Below, in pieces: positions 25,138 to 34,928 of a DNA stretch of 64,000 nucleotides. Position 1 is the stretch's first letter. Each line of letters opens with the position of its first letter. The notes beneath the pieces were generated by a model. It did no database searches. It was not told the DNA's origin and saw only the letters and a program-made list of their open reading frames with translations. The position numbers and the translations under genes are program-made. Source of the stretch: Anaerolineales bacterium (GTDB lineage: Bacteria; Chloroflexota; Anaerolineae; Anaerolineales; Villigracilaceae); NCBI GenBank assembly GCA_035574015.1, contig DATLZK010000024.1, positions 19,594 to 83,593 of the forward strand, given 5' to 3'.

Positions 25138-26367
25138 ATGACACTTTATCTGCGCCTAGCGTGGCGCAATGTTTGGAGACAACGCCGCAGGACGTTCTTG
25201 ATCGCCGGCGGCATGGGCGTCGTCACGGCTTTGCTCGTGTTTTACGACGCGCTCATCGGTGGCTTCCAACAGGCGATTTATGGTAATGCAATCCAATTGC
25301 TGGGCGGAAACATTCAAGTCCACGCGCCGGGCTACGGGCAGAAATCGAGCCACAAGCCGCTGCTTCCTTTGGATGAACCAGATGCCATCGTGCGCGCTGC
25401 AGAGGCACAATCGCAAGTCATTGCGGCATCGAAGCGCATTGTGACGAGCGGCCTGGTCACCAATCGAGAAGGCGCGTTTGCCGTTTCCATTGTGGGTGTG
25501 GAGCCAGAGAAAGAGGCGCAAATTACGCCAGTGGCAAAAAACATCTCCAAGGGCCGCTACTTGAATGCAGACGACGGTGATTTGATCGTCATCGGTCAAG
25601 GATTAGCGACGGCAATGAATGTGGAGGTTGGAGATCGAATCACCATGGTTGGCAACTCCACCCATGAACAAAGACGTCAGCGCACGATGACGATTGTCGG
25701 CATCTATGATGTCGGCGTACCTTCGGTGGAAAAGAACACCATCTATCTGTCATTGGCAGAGGCACAATCACTGTTTGGATTGGATGGAAAGGTGACCGAA
25801 GTAGTCATCTCGTTGAAGCAAATCGGGCAAGAGGCTGACGTCGTGCGCGCCATTCAGAAATCGGTTCCGGGTTATGAAGTGGATACATGGGAAAACGCGT
25901 TTCCCGATCTGAAACAAACGATGGAAATGAAAACTGGCGTGATGAGCATATTCGGCGTGTTCATGCTGGGCATTGCCGCCATTGGCATTCTCAACTTGCT
26001 CATGATGGCAGTGTTCGAGCGCACGCGCGAGATCGGCATCATCGGCGCACTGGGGTTAAAGCCAGGACAAATTGCCTTTCTGTTTCTATTGGAAGGTATC
26101 CTGATTGGAGCGATGGGTGCGGTTGTAGGTGCGGTACTTGGCACGCTGCTTACCGGTACGCTCGGCATCGTTGGATTGGATTACAGCGCTTTTGCCAATC
26201 TGACAGAATATACCGCCCTGATCAGCGGACGCATTTACCCTCAATTGGCGCCCCTGAAAATTCTTCAGCATGCCATCACCGTCGCAGTGATTGCCGCGCT
26301 GGCGGCGCTCTATCCGGCAATTCAAGCCTCGCAGCGCGAACCGGCTGAGGCGTTGCATTATGTATGA
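25138..26367 (+). CDS. ABC transporter permease, FtsX/MacB-type (4 TM plus a large extracytoplasmic loop)
   Basis: 'LAWRNVWRQRRRT' N-terminus, a ~230-aa loop, and 'MAVFERTREIGIIGALGL' followed by three TM segments. Confidence 0.9.
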   Translation: MTLYLRLAWRNVWRQRRRTFLIAGGMGVVTALLVFYDALIGGFQQAIYGNAIQLLGGNIQVHAPGYGQKSSHKPLLPLDEPDAIVRAAEAQSQVIAASKRIVTSGLVTNREGAFAVSIVGVEPEKEAQITPVAKNISKGRYLNADDGDLIVIGQGLATAMNVEVGDRITMVGNSTHEQRRQRTMTIVGIYDVGVPSVEKNTIYLSLAEAQSLFGLDGKVTEVVISLKQIGQEADVVRAIQKSVPGYEVDTWENAFPDLKQTMEMKTGVMSIFGVFMLGIAAIGILNLLMMAVFERTREIGIIGALGLKPGQIAFLFLLEGILIGAMGAVVGAVLGTLLTGTLGIVGLDYSAFANLTEYTALISGRIYPQLAPLKILQHAITVAVIAALAALYPAIQASQREPAEALHYV

Positions 26368-26403
26368 ACCTTTTCTTTCCTCTTCAGTTTGGGGGAATGA
26401 AAA

Positions 26404-27666
26404 ATGAAAGAGGTAAAGAAGAAAGAACGAGCGAAGAGAACAACCATGATTAACTATTTCAAACTTGCATATCGCAATCTGGGCAGGAACCGCCGCCGCT
26501 CATTCTTTTCGGCGCTGGCGCTCGCTCTGGGAACAGCGTTGTTGATGTTCATTGCCGCCTTCTTTCAAGGCGAAATGCGCGGCTCGATGGAAACCACCCT
26601 GCGCCTGCACAGCGGACATCTTCAAGTGCAGGATGCAGATTACGACCCCGATAAACTCAGCGTGGCATGGGAATACTTGATCGAAAACCCGACTCAAGCC
26701 GCGGCACAAATCGAATCGCTGGAACAGGTAGCGGTGGCGACCCCGCGCCTGTTTGCCAGCGGAATCGTTTCGGTCCGGGATGAAGCGAGCGGTGTGCAAA
26801 TCATAGGCATTGATCCCGCCTCGGAGGCGAACGCGCCTTATCGCGATGGCATCGTCTCCGGTGAATTCCTCACCGCCGAAGACCGTGAAGGAATCCTCAT
26901 TGGATATCCGCTTGCGCAAAGTTTGAATCTGAAAGCAGGCGATCAACTCAATCTGTTGATCAATACTGCTGATGGAACAGTGGACGAGCAGTTGTTCACC
27001 GTGCGCGGCATCTTCAGCACCGGCACAAGCGCTTATGACAAAGGTGTAGTGCTGTTGCCGCTTGCGAAGGCGCAAACGTTCTCCGGCGCAGGAGACCGCG
27101 CCAGCATTATCTTCGTCCTGTTACATGATCGAGAGCAAGCAGATGCCGTTGCGGCGGCCATCCAAGGTGAAGGCATTCAGGTAAAGACGTGGCGGCAGTT
27201 GAATGAACTGCTTGTGCTGGTCAACGATTTTTCTAATGCCTATCTAACCGTTATCAATCTGATTGTGCTGGGTGTGACGGCAACAGTGATCGTCAACACG
27301 CTGTTGATGTCGGTGTTCGAGCGCACACGTGAGATTGGCATTCTTTCTGCAATTGGCATGCAGGGGCGGCAGATCATCACGCTGTTCCTGGCCGAAGCAG
27401 CTTTGCTGGCTGCCTTCGGTGTTGCGTTCGGTTCTCTGGTGGGATGGGCATTTTCCGCCTATTTTTCCAAAGTCGGATTCTATTTAGGCGATTTGGGCAT
27501 AAGCGGCGATATGCTTCTTGCAGATCGCATCTACACCTACCTGCCATTGAGCACCGCCCTCAACCTGATCATCACTTCATTTGTCATCACTTTGCTTGCT
27601 TCGCTCTATCCGGCGCGCATGGCCGCGCGCATGGAGCCAGTCGAAGCCTTACACAGCGCACAGTAG
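26404..27666 (+). CDS. ABC transporter permease, FtsX/MacB-type (second paralogous subunit)
   Basis: 'LAYRNLGRNRRRS' and 'MSVFERTREIGILSAIGM'. An alternative start is the ATG at 26446. Confidence 0.9.
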   Translation: MKEVKKKERAKRTTMINYFKLAYRNLGRNRRRSFFSALALALGTALLMFIAAFFQGEMRGSMETTLRLHSGHLQVQDADYDPDKLSVAWEYLIENPTQAAAQIESLEQVAVATPRLFASGIVSVRDEASGVQIIGIDPASEANAPYRDGIVSGEFLTAEDREGILIGYPLAQSLNLKAGDQLNLLINTADGTVDEQLFTVRGIFSTGTSAYDKGVVLLPLAKAQTFSGAGDRASIIFVLLHDREQADAVAAAIQGEGIQVKTWRQLNELLVLVNDFSNAYLTVINLIVLGVTATVIVNTLLMSVFERTREIGILSAIGMQGRQIITLFLAEAALLAAFGVAFGSLVGWAFSAYFSKVGFYLGDLGISGDMLLADRIYTYLPLSTALNLIITSFVITLLASLYPARMAARMEPVEALHSAQ

Positions 27667-27718
27667 AACAAATCGTTGTGCAAGTCTATAGACTTGTGCT
27701 ACCTCAGGAGAAAAAAAC

Positions 27719-28411
27719 ATGGAAGTCGCAAAATTGACCAACGTCACTCGCATCTATAAAGTCGGTGAAGTGGAAACACGCGCCTTGAACGGTGTTACCA
27801 TGAGCATCGAAAGTGGAGAGTTTACTTCGCTGGTCGGTCCTTCCGGTTCGGGAAAGACCACTTTGCTGCAAATTCTCGGCTGTCTCGATCAACCCACATC
27901 GGGCAGTGTCCTCATCAACGGCCAGGAAGTCACCCATCTCAACCGCAATCAGCGCGCTGAGCTGCGCAAAGGGACCATCGGTTTTGTATTCCAGTTCTTT
28001 GCCCTTATCCCTACCCTCACGGCTTATGAGAATGTGGAAATGCCGTTGCTGCTCAACGGCAAACCTGCCGCGGAACGCAGGCAGCGCGTGATGGAACTGC
28101 TTGATGCAGTGGGGATGGCAGATCGCGCCAATAACCGCCCCGACCAACTCTCCGGCGGACAGCAACAACGCGTCGCTGTTGCCCGCGCGCTGGTCACCAA
28201 TCCAAAGTTGGTCCTCGCCGATGAGCCCACTGCCAACCTCGACACCGAAAACGGCGAACAGGTGATGGAAATCATGAAAAAACTCAACCGTGAGACAGGT
28301 GTAACTTTCGTCTTCGCCACGCACGATCCGCGTGTGATCAAGTTTGCCAATCGGGTGATTACTTTGAAGGATGGCGTCATCGAAAAGGACAGCAAAACCA
28401 ACGGAAAGTGA
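27719..28411 (+). CDS. ABC transporter ATP-binding protein (MacB/LolD-like)
   Basis: Walker A 'GPSGSGKTT', signature '[15 protein letters not shown]', Walker B 'LVLADEPT'. Confidence 0.95.
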   Translation: MEVAKLTNVTRIYKVGEVETRALNGVTMSIESGEFTSLVGPSGSGKTTLLQILGCLDQPTSGSVLINGQEVTHLNRNQRAELRKGTIGFVFQFFALIPTLTAYENVEMPLLLNGKPAAERRQRVMELLDAVGMADRANNRPDQLSGGQQQRVAVARALVTNPKLVLADEPTANLDTENGEQVMEIMKKLNRETGVTFVFATHDPRVIKFANRVITLKDGVIEKDSKTNGK

Positions 28412-28420
28412 AGACCTGCA

Positions 28421-29629
28421 ATGAAAAACGCTTCGTTCGCAGAACATAAACGCATCGCCGCGTTCATCTTGATCATCCTTCTTTTCGTCTGGATACTCTC
28501 TGCATGCACGTCGAACGCATCACCCACGCCCATTCCAACCATTGTGTTGAGCGGCGGGAATGCCGATGAGATTCCGGAATCCGCTTCGGGCGGAGAGGGA
28601 GTCGTTGCCTCGGCTGTCGTTGTCCCTGAGCGGGAGGCGCATCTGGCGTTCGTCATCGGGGGAAATATCGCGGCATTGCATGTCAAGGTGGGTGATCACG
28701 TGAAAGCCGGTCAGGTTTTGATGGAACTAGAAAACCACCTCGCCCAACTGGAGGTGGAACGTGCAAAACGTGCCCTGCGGGAACTGACTTCACCCGCCAT
28801 GATCGCCGCCGCCGAAGAGGCACTCGCCTCTGCTCAAAAGGAACTGGAGGAGGCACAAAACAATGTGTCCGGTTTGTTCTACCCACGCGCCTCCGACGCG
28901 CTGATAGACAAAGTCAAAGCAGAGATCACGCTTGCAGAAGAGCAACTTGCCATGGCTTCGGATACTTATAGACACTTTGCCAGACGGCCAGATGGTGATC
29001 CTCAAAAAGCGGCAGCGCTACTTGCCCTCACCAACGCACAGTTGAACCTGAACGCGTTACGTGCCAAATATAACTGGTACACCGGCAAGCCCTCTGAAAC
29101 AGATATCGCGATTGCACAGGCAAGATTGAGCGCGGCTCAAGCCGCTGTGCAAGAGGCGCAATGGTATCTTGCCGCGCTGAAAGGCGAAAGTGTGCCACCG
29201 GAGGCTTCGGGCGCGAAACTGGCACAATTACAACAGGCAAGGGATGATCTTGCCGCCGCACAGGCGCGCCTCGAACAAACTCGGCTGGTTGCACCCTTCG
29301 ATGGTGTAATCTCTCAAATCAATAGTATTGCTGGCGAATATGCCGTACCTGGCCAAATCTTGATCATTGTTAGCGATCTTGAACATTTGCAAGTCAGGAC
29401 TACTGATTTGAGCGAACGCGATGTAGTGAGGATCAAAGTCGGTGATCCTGCCCTCATCACGATCAACGCTTTGAATCAGGATTTTCATGGAAAGGTTATT
29501 TCAATTTCCCCACTGGCAAATCTGCTGGGCGGAGATGTGGTGTATGAGGTGACAGTTGCTTTTGAAGAACAACCCCATGGCGCACTCGCCGGCATGACAG
29601 CAGATGTAATATTTGAGGAAAGCGAGTGA
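28421..29629 (+). CDS. HlyD/MacA-type periplasmic adaptor (membrane fusion protein), lipoprotein-anchored
   Basis: Lipobox 'WILSAC', a biotinyl-lipoyl-like 'VKVGDHVKAGQVLMELE', a long coiled coil, and 'VAPFDGVISQI'. Confidence 0.85.
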   Translation: MKNASFAEHKRIAAFILIILLFVWILSACTSNASPTPIPTIVLSGGNADEIPESASGGEGVVASAVVVPEREAHLAFVIGGNIAALHVKVGDHVKAGQVLMELENHLAQLEVERAKRALRELTSPAMIAAAEEALASAQKELEEAQNNVSGLFYPRASDALIDKVKAEITLAEEQLAMASDTYRHFARRPDGDPQKAAALLALTNAQLNLNALRAKYNWYTGKPSETDIAIAQARLSAAQAAVQEAQWYLAALKGESVPPEASGAKLAQLQQARDDLAAAQARLEQTRLVAPFDGVISQINSIAGEYAVPGQILIIVSDLEHLQVRTTDLSERDVVRIKVGDPALITINALNQDFHGKVISISPLANLLGGDVVYEVTVAFEEQPHGALAGMTADVIFEESE

Positions 29630-29741
29630 GCAGGAAGCAGCGAGCAGAGATTACGAAATTGACGACGCGGATAGACTATAATCTCCGCGTCGTTTGCGTT
29701 TTAACGCGACATTTGAATCCGCTATTGGAGAACTTTGGACT

Positions 29742-31133
29742 ATGCTTCCTACCAAAATCACTGTCATTGGTGCAGGCTCAGCCTCGTTTGGAGAAAATAC
29801 CCTCTCTGCCCTGATGCGTTCGAAAAAATTGCGCGGCTCCACCCTTGCGCTCGTGGATCGAAACGCCGAAAGTCTGGATATCGTCCGTCGTCTGGCAGAA
29901 CGGCTCAATCGTGAGTGGGACGCGCAGTTTGTTATCACCGCGCACACGCATCATGAAGAGGCACTGCCCGGCAGTCAGTTCGTCGTCAACGCTATCGAGG
30001 TCGGCGCACGCGAAAATTTATGGCAGAAGGATTTCGAAATTCCGCTGAAATATGGCGTGCGTCAACCCTACGCGGAAAACGGCGGACCCGGCGGCTTTGC
30101 CCACGCGGCGCGTAACATTGGTCCTATCCTGCAAATTGCACGCGAGATGGAACAGGCTTGTCCCGACGCGTGGTGGATCAACTTCACCAACCCGATGATC
30201 CGCATTTGCGACGCGCTCAACCGCCACACCAAAATCAAATCGGTTGGCTTATGTCATCAAATTTACGCGGGCTACGTCATGGTGGGAGTTGCGCTGGCAA
30301 ACGATCTGGGCCTTGAAATCCCCGAAGAGTTGAACGGCGTGCATGCCGCCGCAGATCAATATCCGCTTCAACATCGCGTGCGCCAACAAATCGTTCCCCT
30401 CGTTGACATTTGCGCGGCGGGGTTGAATCACTTCACTTGGATTCTTTCCATTACAGATCGCCGCACCGGCGAGGACCTCTACCCACTCTTTCGCAAACGC
30501 TTCTTTGAACTGAACCCACAATTTGAACCTCTCACGAGGGATGTTTTCTCAGCCTTTGGTTTGTTCCCCGTTCCCGGTGATACGCACTTGTGCGAATACC
30601 TCCCCTGGATGAGCGATCCACAGACTAAACCCTGGGAGAAATACAACATCCGCCTCTATGATTGGGAAGTCATGGCGGCAGTACGCGAATTTGAACTCTA
30701 TCGCCTGAACGAAATGGCAAACGGAAATATGACAATCGAAGGTTTGCTCGATACAGATTCAGAGGGAGCACTCGAAATGATCGAAAATGTGGCTGGCGCC
30801 GGAAACCATTATCACCTCGCGGCAAACCTCCCCAATGCAGGGCAGATTGCAAATCTGCCTCAAGGAGCAACCGTCGAAACGCCCGTGCATGTGAGCGGCG
30901 CGGGCATTCATCCCATACACGTTGGCGCGCTGCCCGAGCCCATCGCCGAACTCTGTCGCAGAGAAATCACCGTCGCGCAGTTGTGCGTGGATGCCGTTGT
31001 GGAAGGCTCGCGCGAAAAAGCCCTGCAATGCCTGTTGCTCGATCCTGTCATTACCGATATAGACACAGCAAGGAAGATATTGGATGAATACTTGAGAGAG
31101 TATAGAGAATACCTTCCACAATTCTGGAACTGA
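29742..31133 (+). CDS. Glycoside hydrolase family 4 (NAD+/Mn2+-dependent alpha-glucosidase/galactosidase-like)
   Basis: 'KITVIGAGSASFG' NAD-binding N-terminus. 'WWINFTNPM', 'VGLCHQ' and 'AGLNHFTW' parallel T. maritima AglA (ANPIFEG, VGFCHG, AGVNHGIW). The start is the ATG at 29742. Confidence 0.85.
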   Translation: MLPTKITVIGAGSASFGENTLSALMRSKKLRGSTLALVDRNAESLDIVRRLAERLNREWDAQFVITAHTHHEEALPGSQFVVNAIEVGARENLWQKDFEIPLKYGVRQPYAENGGPGGFAHAARNIGPILQIAREMEQACPDAWWINFTNPMIRICDALNRHTKIKSVGLCHQIYAGYVMVGVALANDLGLEIPEELNGVHAAADQYPLQHRVRQQIVPLVDICAAGLNHFTWILSITDRRTGEDLYPLFRKRFFELNPQFEPLTRDVFSAFGLFPVPGDTHLCEYLPWMSDPQTKPWEKYNIRLYDWEVMAAVREFELYRLNEMANGNMTIEGLLDTDSEGALEMIENVAGAGNHYHLAANLPNAGQIANLPQGATVETPVHVSGAGIHPIHVGALPEPIAELCRREITVAQLCVDAVVEGSREKALQCLLLDPVITDIDTARKILDEYLREYREYLPQFWN

Positions 31134-31347
31134 ACGCCCCCGCGCATCGAACAGCACATCATCGTGATTGTTGAACACCCACCCATACAGGATTGCAGAA
31201 CCAATTAGCCATAACCGCATGCACACTGGCAGACATGGTGATTCACGTGACCCTGACACTTGAAAAACCCTCATCCTTCCTCACAATCTCGCCTCCCCCG
31301 TGAGACGACCCCCGCCTCATTCCCAGCCGATGCCTGCTCATTCCAAA

Positions 31348-31899
31348 ATGAACATCATCTCCCCGACGCGCACTGACGAACACCTCCTCTACCAAGCCGC
31401 GCAACTACTTGTAGACGCGTTCCGTGAACATTGGCCCCACGCGTGGCCCACCCTTGAAGAGGGATTGAAAGAAGTACACGAAATGCTCGAAACGGAACGC
31501 ATTTGCCGCTTCGCAGTGGATGAAGAGGGGTATCTGCTCGGCATCATAGGCGGCATCCCACAATACGATGGCCGCGTGTGGGAACTCCACCCGCTTGCCG
31601 TTCAGCCAAGCCTGCAAGGCAAAGGCATCGGCCGCGCTCTCGTTGAAGACTTTGAATCACAAGTCCGTCAGCGCGGCGGATTGACGATCACGCTCGGCAC
31701 GGATGATGTAGACGGCATGACCTCGCTGTCAAATGTGGATTTGTATGAAAACCTCTGGGAAAAGATCCAAAACATCCGCAACTTGAAGAATCATCCTTAC
31801 ACGTTTTATCAAAAGATGGGCTATGTTATTACAGGCGTGATTCCCGATGCCAACGGAAGAGGTAAGCCTGATATTTTGATGTCGAAAAAGGTGGGGTGA
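31348..31899 (+). CDS. GNAT N-acetyltransferase, AAC(6')-I-like
   Basis: 'WELHPLAVQPSLQGKGIGRALV', 'LGTDD' and 'HPYTFYQKMGYVITGVIPDANGRGKPDILMSKK' closely follow the AAC(6')-I pattern (HP..FY...G...GV.P.ANG..KPDI.MAK). The start is uncertain (31300, 31330 or 31348). Confidence 0.75.
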   Translation: MNIISPTRTDEHLLYQAAQLLVDAFREHWPHAWPTLEEGLKEVHEMLETERICRFAVDEEGYLLGIIGGIPQYDGRVWELHPLAVQPSLQGKGIGRALVEDFESQVRQRGGLTITLGTDDVDGMTSLSNVDLYENLWEKIQNIRNLKNHPYTFYQKMGYVITGVIPDANGRGKPDILMSKKVG

Positions 31900-31940
31900 A
31901 GATTTTATCTCTCGCCATAAACGAAAATCTATTTAGAGTA

Positions 31941-31990
31941 TTTGCCCCTCTTCCAGTGGGAGAGGGGTTGGGGTGAGAGAAAGTGGGGAT
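31941..31990 (+). repeat. Solo hairpin module of the family A/B repeats
   Basis: 'CCCCTCTTCCAGTGGGAGAGGGGTTGGGGTGAGAGAAAGTGGGGA' matches the right part of copy A1. Confidence 0.8.
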
Positions 31991-32351
31991 AAATACCCAA
32001 GTCTATCATCCTCGCAACAGAGCAGTTTGAACTTCCTTTTTCATCACAAATGAACAGAGATAAGAAAGAGCGTTTTTATATAAGCGTTACAAAAAATGTT
32101 CAGCGTGTTATTCTACATTTCCATATTCCATCCTAAAAGTATTGGGTGGTTAGCAATCTTTATATTTGATTCAATTTGAAATCACAATGAAGTTAACTGT
32201 ATACAGTGTGATGATATAAGATCAAAACATCAATCTTTTATCAATAAATGATTGATGGTGCTTGCGAAATTTTAAAGTTAATTCATCATCAAAAACCTTT
32301 ACACGAATCAAATAATGGATACAATCTATATTGCTACATTTCATTGTTACA

Positions 32352-32380
32352 TGATTCAATTGAAATGTTTTATTGAATCA
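32352..32380. promoter_or_regulatory. 9-bp perfect inverted repeat in the AT-rich island (candidate protein-binding site)
   Basis: TGATTCAAT-N11-ATTGAATCA. A related 'TGATTCAATTTGAAATCA' lies at 32167..32184. Confidence 0.4.
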
Positions 32381-32495
32381 GCAATGAACAACTCCAAAAA
32401 AACATCGCTTTGCAAAATGCGATGCAACATAACAATCAAGATTGAACAATGCCAGTTGAAAGCATCTTGATTGCAACGACGAAAAGGACACGACA

Positions 32496-33518
32496 ATGTA
32501 TCTCTGCGTATTATCAAGTCTTCCCGATGACCCGAACGATAAGCCTTACGACCCATCGCCACACATGAACGGGTTCAAATGGATCCACCACCGTGTACAT
32601 CCAGTCAATGTAGAAAAACAAATTCGGAATTTGCTCAACCAGGGTGTAGATGTATTCCTCAATTTGTGCGATGGCACACCGGATGACGCACTTTCAGGAG
32701 TGGGTCTTGTGCAACTTCTGGAAAAAATGGGCGTGGCATTCACCGGGGCAGACTCAAAATTTTTCGATCCCACCCGTCAAGAAATGAAAGCCTGTGCCAG
32801 AAAAGTTAACGTCCCCACCCCAAACTGGGTCATGGTAGATCGCGTGGAGGATGTGGAACGCGCTGCAAAACGCCTGCGCTTTCCGATCCTCGTCAAACCA
32901 CCGCATGGCTACGCCAGCGTAGGTATCACACGCGACTCACGTTGCGAAGATATAGAGCACCTTAGAACCCGCACAGAACGTGCAATCAATGACTTTGGAC
33001 GAGCCCTCCTTGAAGAGTTCATTGAAGGGCGCGAGTTTACCTGCCTCATCGCAGAGAATCCAGACGATCCCAAGAACCCCATCACCTTCAAACCGGTGGA
33101 GTTTATTTTCCCACAAGGCGAATCGTTCAAACATTACCATATGAAATGGGTCGAATACGAGAAAATGTCTGTTGCGCCAGTCAACGATGCGCGCATCGAA
33201 AAAACGCTTCGCGATCAGACAACGCGGCTCTTCAAAGCCATGAACGGCAATGGATACGCCCGTTGCGATTTCCGCATGGCTGCGGATGGCACGATTTACA
33301 TGCTCGAAATTAACCCCAACTGCGGCATCTTCTATGCTCCCGATGAGCCGGGGTCTGCTGACTTTTCACTCCTCAACGACCCGGTCTACGATCATCATAA
33401 ATTCTTGCATTTGATCATCCGCGCCGCACAAAAAAGGCAAGCCGCTATGCTAGCCGCAAAGGCAAAAAAGCGCACGGTGCGAAAGCAGCGTACTGTCGAA
33501 CAAATGGTATATGCGTAG
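32496..33518 (+). CDS. ATP-grasp protein, D-alanine--D-alanine ligase-like family
   Basis: 'FPILVKPPHGYASVGI', 'ALLEEFIEGREFTC' and 'YARCDFRMAADGTIYMLEINPNCG' are ATP-grasp motifs. By eye the gene is less GC-rich than its neighbours. Confidence 0.8.
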   Translation: MYLCVLSSLPDDPNDKPYDPSPHMNGFKWIHHRVHPVNVEKQIRNLLNQGVDVFLNLCDGTPDDALSGVGLVQLLEKMGVAFTGADSKFFDPTRQEMKACARKVNVPTPNWVMVDRVEDVERAAKRLRFPILVKPPHGYASVGITRDSRCEDIEHLRTRTERAINDFGRALLEEFIEGREFTCLIAENPDDPKNPITFKPVEFIFPQGESFKHYHMKWVEYEKMSVAPVNDARIEKTLRDQTTRLFKAMNGNGYARCDFRMAADGTIYMLEINPNCGIFYAPDEPGSADFSLLNDPVYDHHKFLHLIIRAAQKRQAAMLAAKAKKRTVRKQRTVEQMVYA

Positions 33519-33545
33519 GTATAAACAAGCGATTAGAACCCAGTG

Positions 33546-33580
33546 AACAGGTGAGCGGACAAGCAGTTCGCTCACCTGTT
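33546..33580 (+). terminator. Hairpin after the ATP-grasp gene
   Basis: AACAGGTGAGCG-N11-CGCTCACCTGTT, a 12-bp stem. Only a short T run follows it. Confidence 0.5.
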
Positions 33581-33641
33581 TACAATAAGGGTGGTTGTCC
33601 TTTCGGCAGGAATCTACCACCCTAACCTTTTGGAGGAATGC

Positions 33642-34493
33642 ATGCTCGAAAAGAAAATTGCATTTATTGGTCCCGGCGTGATGGCAGAAGCCATGATCGC
33701 GGGACTGCTGCGCCAAAATCTTGCCCGCGCCGAAACGATCGTCGCTTCGGGGCCGCGCGAAGAACGATTGACCGAACTCAAGAAAAAATATGACATCGAA
33801 ACAATGACCGACAACGCCCTCGCTGCCTCGCGCGCGGACGTGGTAGTCCTTTCTGTCAAACCGCAGCGACTCAGCGAAGTGATGAAGGGCATCAAAAGCA
33901 TTCGTGCCGACGCGTTAGTGCTTTCGATTGTTGCCGGCGCATCCATCAAGAAGATTAGCGCCGGGCTCAAGCACAAAGCCATTGTGCGCTCCATGCCCAA
34001 TACCCCTGGACAGATCGGTGAAGGGATTACAGTATGGACCTGTTCAAAAGAAGTGACGGAAGAACAGCAAGCCACCGCGCGTGCGCTTCTTGGCGCGCTA
34101 GGCACGGAGATCTTCGTCGAAGACGAAGGGTATCTCGATATGGCAACAGCGCTTTCTGGAACAGGACCCGCATACGTGTTCCTCTTCACCGAAGCCCTCA
34201 TTGATGCCGGGGTGCATATGGGATTTCCGCGCCGCATCGCCGAGCAACTGGTTTTGCAGACCATCAAAGGTTCCATCTCTTTCTATCAGCAGGCGGGTCG
34301 GCATCCTGCAACGTTGAGAAATCAGGTGACTTCTCCAGGTGGGACTTCTGCCGAGGCACTGTATTATCTCGAAAAAGCGGGCTTCCGCACGGCAATTTCG
34401 CGTGCCGTCTGGGCGGCATATCAAAGATCGCTGGAATTGGGCAGGGAAAAAGCCGTACATATTCCCAATGCACACGAGGATGAAGTGAAATAG
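33642..34493 (+). CDS. proC: Pyrroline-5-carboxylate reductase
   Basis: 'KIAFIGPGVMAEAMIAGL' dinucleotide fold, 'VRSMPNTP' and 'VTSPGGTSAEAL'. The ATG at 33642 is preceded by GGAGG. Confidence 0.9.
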   Translation: MLEKKIAFIGPGVMAEAMIAGLLRQNLARAETIVASGPREERLTELKKKYDIETMTDNALAASRADVVVLSVKPQRLSEVMKGIKSIRADALVLSIVAGASIKKISAGLKHKAIVRSMPNTPGQIGEGITVWTCSKEVTEEQQATARALLGALGTEIFVEDEGYLDMATALSGTGPAYVFLFTEALIDAGVHMGFPRRIAEQLVLQTIKGSISFYQQAGRHPATLRNQVTSPGGTSAEALYYLEKAGFRTAISRAVWAAYQRSLELGREKAVHIPNAHEDEVK

Positions 34494-34622
34494 TCCCCTC
34501 TGTCCATACACTTTGCCCGTTCCGGGACTACGACGCAAGCACTTACAAGAGGAGCGCTAGCGCTTTCCCTATGTCTCGACAGTGTAAAAGTCCTTATCCC
34601 GAACCGACATTACTGAAAAAAG

Positions 34623-34762
34623 GTAATTACCTACCCTCACCCTAACCCTCTCCCACAGGGAATCAGCACTCAGAATGAGATTTTTGGTCGCGAAACGATA
34701 AATTCGCTGCCTTATGCTCCCCTCTCCCGATGGAGGGGCCGGGAGCGAGGGCGGGCAGTTAC
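34623..34762 (+). repeat. MITE-like intergenic repeat, family B, copy 2
   Basis: The ends are 'GTAATTACCTACCCTCACCC' and 'GAGCGAGGGCGGGCAGTTAC' (an inverted repeat of the left end). The core is the same as copy 1. Confidence 0.85.
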
Positions 34763-34928
34763 AAAAAGACTTTTTTGCCAAGAACACAAACAAAAAGCAA
34801 AACGCTTATAAGATTTACTGCGCGCTTAGCAATGCAATGGCTTCTTTTCGGTAGGAGCCATTGGTAGCATTTATAATTCGATACCGATCGCATCTACTTT
34901 ACCCTCTATCTCTTGGTTTCAGCCTTTC

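Noticed and set aside
27704-28447. 247-aa minus-strand ORF opposite the ABC ATPase (also 28024..28686 and 33614..34276 opposite proC)
   Set aside because: The plus-strand frames carry Walker A/B and signature motifs, or ProC motifs in the last case. The minus-strand frames are shadows.
31990-32495. AT-rich island as a chromosomal replication origin
   Set aside because: I found no TTATCCACA-type DnaA boxes, even allowing one mismatch by eye. No dnaA, dnaN, gidA or parAB genes are nearby. The recurring motif is TGATTCAA instead.
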